Shown here: positions 38,931 through 43,774 of the stretch, in pieces
How the letters are laid out: the number at the start of each line of letters is the position of its first letter
Numbering within the stretch: position 1 is the first letter of the stretch
DNA from: an uncultured Cypionkella sp.
Lineage (GTDB): Bacteria > Pseudomonadota > Alphaproteobacteria > Rhodobacterales > Rhodobacteraceae
Reading direction: 5' to 3'
Length of the DNA: 43,774 nt
Assembly: GCA_964497815.1 (NCBI GenBank)
Contig: CAZCFC010000001.1
Span: 1 to 43,774 of the forward strand
Translations under genes and position numbers: made by a program
Notes under the pieces: generated by a model
Seen by the model: the letters and a program-made list of their open reading frames with translations, nothing else
Told to the model about the DNA's origin: nothing
Database searches by the model: none

Positions 38931-40069
38931 CCCCGCAATCCGTAGGCATCAAGTTTTGCCCAAACCTGGGTCAGGTCGACAACTTGCCCGGTTTCCCTTG
39001 CCTGATCCAGCGCGATTGCGGCAATCCCGGCCTCCATCGCGTCCAGAATGGACACTGGCAGGCTGTCGCTTTGGCCCCGCAGATACTTCGCAATGTCGGC
39101 GCACATCATCTGATCCGCGCCGTAATGCGCGCCCTTGGCCGCGGCACCCTTGGAATAATCATGGTCCACCAGCCGCTTGCCATCCCGCGCCGTGACCTTC
39201 AGAAAACCGCGCACGAAATCGCCCTCGGCCATGCCATGTGTGCCCATCACGCAGAACCGCCGATGTTCGTCAGGCGCGTTCAGGTTGGTGTGAAAGGCCA
39301 GAGACGCCCCGGTTTCATACTGCAAGATCGCGGTCTGATAATCGATGATGTCGCCGTCCGACCGGAATGGATCATCGGTGCTTTCCCAGACCGATTGTTT
39401 CACGTGAAATATCTCGGCTTCCATATTGGAGGCGGGCGCGTTTTCAGGAAGGAAGGACTTGCGCCCACCAAAGCTTGCCACCCGGACGGGCCGCGAGCCC
39501 GTGACCATGTTGTAAATGTCGATATCGTGGCAGCATTTCTCAAGCATGAAGCCACCCGCCAGGTCGGTCCGCCGCCGCCAGTCGCGCATGAAGAATGCCC
39601 CGTGATAGGGGCCGATGTGTTCGTTCGCCTCAAGGGACACGACGCGGCCCAACTGCCCCGCCGCCAGTGCCGCACGCAGATCGACCATGTGTTGCGAATA
39701 GCGCAGGACAAGGCCCACCATCGCCCGATTCACGCCGCCGTTTTGCGACAGCAGTCGCGCCAGTTCCAGCGTTTCGTCGATCGACATGACCACCGGCTTT
39801 TCGGTGAACACCTGCACGCCAGCCTCAAGCCCCAGTTTGATCTGTTCAAGGTGAAAGACGTTGGGCGAGAATACGCAATACAGGTCTGGTCTTGCCTGAC
39901 TTAGCATCGCCTCGATGCTGTCATAGCGGGGGGTGTCCAGTCCTATCATGTCAAGATGTGTTGGCTGCGGATCGTAGAAACCCACAATTTCCACCTCTGG
40001 CATCTCGGCCTTCAGAGACGTCAAGACATGACCGGCCCGCAGACCGATTCCGGCAGTTACAACGCGCAT
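38927..40069 (-). CDS. Gfo/Idh/MocA family NAD-dependent oxidoreductase
   Basis: GIGLRAG dinucleotide fold, FTEKP, GLVLRYS, RDWRR, GGFMLEKCCHDID, HYGAD. Confidence 0.9.
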   Translation of the reverse strand: MRVVTAGIGLRAGHVLTSLKAEMPEVEIVGFYDPQPTHLDMIGLDTPRYDSIEAMLSQARPDLYCVFSPNVFHLEQIKLGLEAGVQVFTEKPVVMSIDETLELARLLSQNGGVNRAMVGLVLRYSQHMVDLRAALAAGQLGRVVSLEANEHIGPYHGAFFMRDWRRRTDLAGGFMLEKCCHDIDIYNMVTGSRPVRVASFGGRKSFLPENAPASNMEAEIFHVKQSVWESTDDPFRSDGDIIDYQTAILQYETGASLAFHTNLNAPDEHRRFCVMGTHGMAEGDFVRGFLKVTARDGKRLVDHDYSKGAAAKGAHYGADQMMCADIAKYLRGQSDSLPVSILDAMEAGIAAIALDQARETGQVVDLTQVWAKLDAYGLRG

Positions 40070-40080
40070 TTCAGGCTCCT

Positions 40081-41187
40081 TCAGGCAACAAGGGCTGTGG
40101 CTGGGACAGGTGCCATACGGCGGCGCATCACCAAACCGGCGGCATCAAAGACATGGCAATCGGCGGGGTTCACGGTGACGCCGATGGTTTCCCCTTCGGA
40201 GATTTGGGTATCGCCGGGCAAGGCGGCGCAAAAGCGCTGGCCGTTGGGCAATTCGCCATAGGTGATCGACACCCCGCCCAACCGTTCCAACACACGCACT
40301 TTCATCTGCAGGCCGGCACCCAGAGTGATGTTCTCGGGGCGCATCCCGATCTCGACCTTGTCGCCAACTGCGGCTCGGCCATCGACGGGCAGGGTCATTC
40401 TATGGCCGCCGGGAAGCTCTGCCGTCACACCGTCGGCGCCGATGGCGATGACCGAAGCGGGCACAAGGTTCATGTTGGGCTGGCCAATGAACGTGGCCAC
40501 AAAGCGGGTGGCTGGGTGGTGGTACAGTTCCATCGGAGTGCCAAACTGCTCGATCCGGCCCGCATTCAGCACCACGATCCGGTGCGCCATCGTCATCGCT
40601 TCGATCTGATCATGGGTCACATAGATCATTGTGGCCGACAGATCGCGGTGCAGTTGGCTCAACTCGACCCGCATATCGCCGCGCAGCGCCGCATCAAGGT
40701 TCGAGAGCGGCTCATCGAACAGGAAAATCTTGGGATTGCGCACAATGCTGCGCCCGATCGCCACCCGTTGCCGCTGTCCGCCCGAAAGCTGTCCCGGTTT
40801 CAGGTGCAGTTTGTCGGTCAGCTTCAGAATATCGGCCGCCTTCGCCACCTTGGATTTCACTTCGGCCTCTGGCAGCTTTTGCACCCGCAGCGGGAAGGCG
40901 ATGTTTTCGAAAACCGTCAGGTGCGGATAAAGAGCATAGCTTTGAAATACCATCGAAATCCCCCGATCCACCGGGGCCTGCGCCGACACGTCCACGCCGC
41001 CAATCACGATCTGTCCCGCGCTGGCTTCTTCCAGCCCGGCGACGATACGCAGCAGGGTGGATTTGCCACAGCCCGAGGGGCCGACGAACACCACGAATTC
41101 CTTGTCGCGAATGGCCAGATTGATCCCGTGCAGCACATGCGCTGTGCCAAAGGATTTGGAGATGTCTTGCAGGGTCAGCGTGGCCAT
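40081..41187 (-). CDS. Sugar ABC transporter ATP-binding protein (MalK/UgpC-like)
   Basis: GPSGCGKS, MVFQSYALYPH, LSGGQRQRVAIGR, DEPLSNLD, YVTHDQ, C-terminal OB domain; GAGGA RBS. Confidence 0.96.
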   Translation of the reverse strand: MATLTLQDISKSFGTAHVLHGINLAIRDKEFVVFVGPSGCGKSTLLRIVAGLEEASAGQIVIGGVDVSAQAPVDRGISMVFQSYALYPHLTVFENIAFPLRVQKLPEAEVKSKVAKAADILKLTDKLHLKPGQLSGGQRQRVAIGRSIVRNPKIFLFDEPLSNLDAALRGDMRVELSQLHRDLSATMIYVTHDQIEAMTMAHRIVVLNAGRIEQFGTPMELYHHPATRFVATFIGQPNMNLVPASVIAIGADGVTAELPGGHRMTLPVDGRAAVGDKVEIGMRPENITLGAGLQMKVRVLERLGGVSITYGELPNGQRFCAALPGDTQISEGETIGVTVNPADCHVFDAAGLVMRRRMAPVPATALVA

Positions 41188-41222
41188 GGCGTCCTCAAAA
41201 AAGGGGGGGCGTCGGGGAAGGG

Positions 41223-41247
41223 GTGGGGGGCCACAACAGCCCCCCAC
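41223..41247 (-). other. Intercistronic stem-loop downstream of the substrate-binding protein gene
   Basis: Plus strand GTGGGGGGC-CACAACA-GCCCCCCAC perfect 9-bp stem between the SBP stop and the ATPase RBS. Confidence 0.7.
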
Positions 41248-41254
41248 TGTCAGA

Positions 41255-42481
41255 TCACTTGACTTCGGCCAATTCGACGCCGGCTTGGGTGACCAATTCG
41301 TCCACCGTGCCGCCTTCGCCCAGCATCACGCCCTGGATCATGTTCGTGAACACGCCCTGCAGCGATTTGAAATCCGTCACCAGCGGCTCGGGTCCGCCGG
41401 TCGAGATGCCATTCACAAAGATCTGCCAGTCGGCATCACCCACATAGTAAGGTGCATCGACACCCAGCTTTTCGTATTGCAGGATCGGGGTCAGGCCCCA
41501 GGACTTGTCCAGATCATACTGCGCCTCGCCCGAGGTCAGCACCTGCGCCAGTTTCTGCGCCGCCGCTTGCACCGCAGGGTCAGCCTGCTTGAACACCGCA
41601 ATCGAGTCGGTGATCAGAATGGTACCTGAAACGCCCGAAGGCCCATGCGGAACCGGAGCGATGATCTGGTTCGGCACCTTTTCGGCATGCTGGCCCTTGC
41701 CCCACGGACCGTTGACATACATGCCCAGCTTGGCGTCGTTGAACAGATCCTTCATCTGATCGCGCTCCCAGGCGGTTGCCCCTTCGATCCCGTAGGGCAG
41801 GATATCGGCGTACATCTGCAGGGTTTCGCGGGTCTGCTGGCTGTCCAGCGTCGGCGCGCCGGTCACCGGGTCTTGCACCGTGCCGCCGTTGGAATACAGA
41901 AAGTCCAGGAACATGTGCATGGTGTTGTCAAAGTCTTTGCCCGCAATGCCGATACCCGCGACATTGTGCTTTTCCTTGATCGCCTTGGCCATTGCGATCA
42001 TCTCGGTCCAATCGGCCGGAGCCTTGCATTCCATGCCCGCCGCCGTCACCAGATCACAGTTGATGTACAGCGCCTTGGTGGAAAACGCATGGGGATAGCC
42101 CCAGTACTTATTGTCATACGACACGGTTTTCAGAACGCCGGGCTGATAGCTGTCGATCATTTCGGCCGGAATTTCAGCCGGAACGATCAGCCCTTCTGCC
42201 GCCAGTTTCTTCAAGGTACGCGACCCCATATAGGCCACCGATACCGGCGTGCCAGCCGCGGCCAGCGTCATGGATTTGTCCTGACAGGTGCCCCACGGCA
42301 CAATTTCCATCGTCACTTTGACGCCGGGGTTATCAACCTGAAACTTCTCGATCGCGGCCTTGTCGGCCGGCCGCTCATCGCCGCACATGATGAACGAAAG
42401 GTTCACATCCTGCGCCGATGCCGTCAGGGCTGAACTGCCCATCAGGGCGGCAGCAACCATCAGGGTTTTGGTGTAGTGCAT
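41255..42481 (-). CDS. Sugar ABC transporter substrate-binding protein (CUT1)
   Basis: Sec signal peptide ending ASA-Q, NPGVKV, WGYPH..STKALYIN, GMYVNGPW; GAGGAG RBS. Confidence 0.93.
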   Translation of the reverse strand: MHYTKTLMVAAALMGSSALTASAQDVNLSFIMCGDERPADKAAIEKFQVDNPGVKVTMEIVPWGTCQDKSMTLAAAGTPVSVAYMGSRTLKKLAAEGLIVPAEIPAEMIDSYQPGVLKTVSYDNKYWGYPHAFSTKALYINCDLVTAAGMECKAPADWTEMIAMAKAIKEKHNVAGIGIAGKDFDNTMHMFLDFLYSNGGTVQDPVTGAPTLDSQQTRETLQMYADILPYGIEGATAWERDQMKDLFNDAKLGMYVNGPWGKGQHAEKVPNQIIAPVPHGPSGVSGTILITDSIAVFKQADPAVQAAAQKLAQVLTSGEAQYDLDKSWGLTPILQYEKLGVDAPYYVGDADWQIFVNGISTGGPEPLVTDFKSLQGVFTNMIQGVMLGEGGTVDELVTQAGVELAEVK

Positions 42482-42514
42482 GGGTCGTCTCCTCTGTTGA
42501 TCGTTTTTTTTGGG

Positions 42515-43360
42515 TCACTCTTTGATCGCGCCGGCCGTCAGGCCCGCAACGAGGTATTTTTGCAGGAACAGGAACACCAGCATGACCGGTAAAATCCCCG
42601 TCAGTGCCGCAGCCATCATCTGGTTCCACTCTACGGTCTGGTAGCCGATGAACTGGTTCAATCCGGCCGGCAAAGGCTGTAGTTCCGCCACCTGATTGAA
42701 GGTGATCGCGAACAGGTATTGCTGGGCATAGGCCCCGATGAACACCGACACGCCCACCACCACCATCCCCGGCACCGCCAAGGGCAGCACGACGCGGCGC
42801 AAAGTGTAAAGACGGCTGGCCCCATCCATAAAGGCGGCTTCCTCCAGCTCACGCGGGATCTTTTCCAGATACGACCGCAGCAGCCAGATGCCTGTCGGGA
42901 TCAGAAATGCCACACCGGGCACAATCATCGACCAGTAGGTGTTCAGCAGCCCCAGGGTGTTCATCACCCGATAAAGCGGGATCAGCAACACCGCGCCGGT
43001 GAACATGTTGACCGACAGGAAAATCCCCAAGGACAGGTTCTTGAACGGAAAATCCAACCGCGCATAGGCATAGGCGGCGGGGATCACAAAGATCATCGTG
43101 ATCACGGTTACTGCGCTGGCGATGAAAATAGAGTTCCAGATATAGCGACCCAGCAGCGGCACCTTTTCCCACATGGCAAAGTAGGCGTCGAAGCTGAAAC
43201 TGTCGCTCCAGATTTCATAGGGGGCATGGAACAGATGGCTCATCGGGGAGAGGCTGGTGCGGAACATTTCGACAAAGGGCAGCAGGATAAAGGCCATGAA
43301 CACCGCGATGGCTGCATAAATCCCGATCTTCTGCAGCAGGGTGTAGCGGTCCATCAGCAT
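42515..43360 (-). CDS. Sugar ABC transporter permease (MalG-like)
   Basis: NSIFIA, AAYAYARLDFP, IPRELEEAAFMDGAS EAA motif, QKYLVAGLTAGAIKE. Confidence 0.96.
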   Translation of the reverse strand: MLMDRYTLLQKIGIYAAIAVFMAFILLPFVEMFRTSLSPMSHLFHAPYEIWSDSFSFDAYFAMWEKVPLLGRYIWNSIFIASAVTVITMIFVIPAAYAYARLDFPFKNLSLGIFLSVNMFTGAVLLIPLYRVMNTLGLLNTYWSMIVPGVAFLIPTGIWLLRSYLEKIPRELEEAAFMDGASRLYTLRRVVLPLAVPGMVVVGVSVFIGAYAQQYLFAITFNQVAELQPLPAGLNQFIGYQTVEWNQMMAAALTGILPVMLVFLFLQKYLVAGLTAGAIKE

Positions 43361-43361
43361 C

Positions 43362-43774
43362 TTACTTCACCCCATAATGCTTGTTCACCCGGTCAAGGAT
43401 CTTCAGATACGCAAGGCTGAACACACCCAAAATCAGCACGATCATCACCGCCCGCGCCGAGCCTTCCCCGAATTTGAAGTTCCCGATCGCGGTCTTGTAG
43501 GTGTCGATGATCATCGTGGTGGTGCCCCCACGCGGCCCGCCCTGGGTGAAAATCCAGATGATTTCAAAACTGTTGAACGTCCAGATCGCGGACAGCAGCG
43601 CCATTGACACGATCACCGGCATGATCTGCGGAATGGTGATGCGGCGGAACCGATACCAGCGCCCGGCACCATCAACCCACGCTGCTTCATAAAGGTCGCG
43701 GTTCACGCCCTGCATGGCGGCCAGAAAGAACAGGCTGACCATGGGCGTGCCCACCCAGACATCAGTCACAATTG
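43362..43774 (-). CDS. Sugar ABC transporter permease (MalF-like), 3' part only
   Basis: DLYEAAWVDGAG..RFRRITIP, FNSFEII..TQGGP; frame open at the window edge. Confidence 0.93.
   Translation of the reverse strand, partial: IVTDVWVGTPMVSLFFLAAMQGVNRDLYEAAWVDGAGRWYRFRRITIPQIMPVIVSMALLSAIWTFNSFEIIWIFTQGGPRGGTTTMIIDTYKTAIGNFKFGEGSARAVMIVLILGVFSLAYLKILDRVNKHYGVK

Noticed and set aside
25667-43774. Integrative element or genomic island at tRNA-Thr
   Set aside because: No integrase, transposase or att duplication was seen, composition resembles the core region, and the accessory genes lie on the 5' side of the tRNA
1-43774. CRISPR arrays, rRNA, prophage or IS elements
   Set aside because: No regularly spaced direct repeats, rRNA-like sequence, phage genes or transposase motifs were seen; nearly all sequence is accounted for by identifiable genes

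Overview
GC-rich alphaproteobacterial chromosome segment, most consistent with a Rhodobacteraceae/Paracoccaceae genome (regB-senC-regA-hvrA, DivL-like PAS gene, addAB); the species cannot be determined from the sequence alone. Positions 1-25.7 kb are conserved core genome: hslUV, a KpsS/KpsC-like putative glycosyltransferase, trxA, addA-addB-murU-amgK-tsaE, a DivL-like PAS protein with a perfect CtrA box, regB/senC-regA/hvrA, an HD hydrolase, ahcY, a DUF2853-like gene, tsaD-gpsA-yciI-EVE and hemD-COG4223(Mic60)-hemY, ending at tRNA-Thr(CGT). Positions 26.1-43.8 kb hold accessory carbohydrate catabolism. One part is a LacI/GntR-controlled gluconate/ketogluconate module with two visible operators and an orphan HpcH aldolase. 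The other is an ABC-transporter-fed N-acetylhexosamine operon (Gfo/Idh/MocA, two SIS proteins, ROK kinase, GatZ/KbaZ, NagA) with no PTS and no AgaY/KbaY aldolase in the window. The best leads are a promoter- and terminator-bounded unannotated structured RNA at about 19417-19520 and the apparently aldolase-free dual GalNAc/GlcNAc pathway. No CRISPR array, rRNA, integrase or transposase was seen. All functional calls come from motif recognition and synteny; no database search was run.
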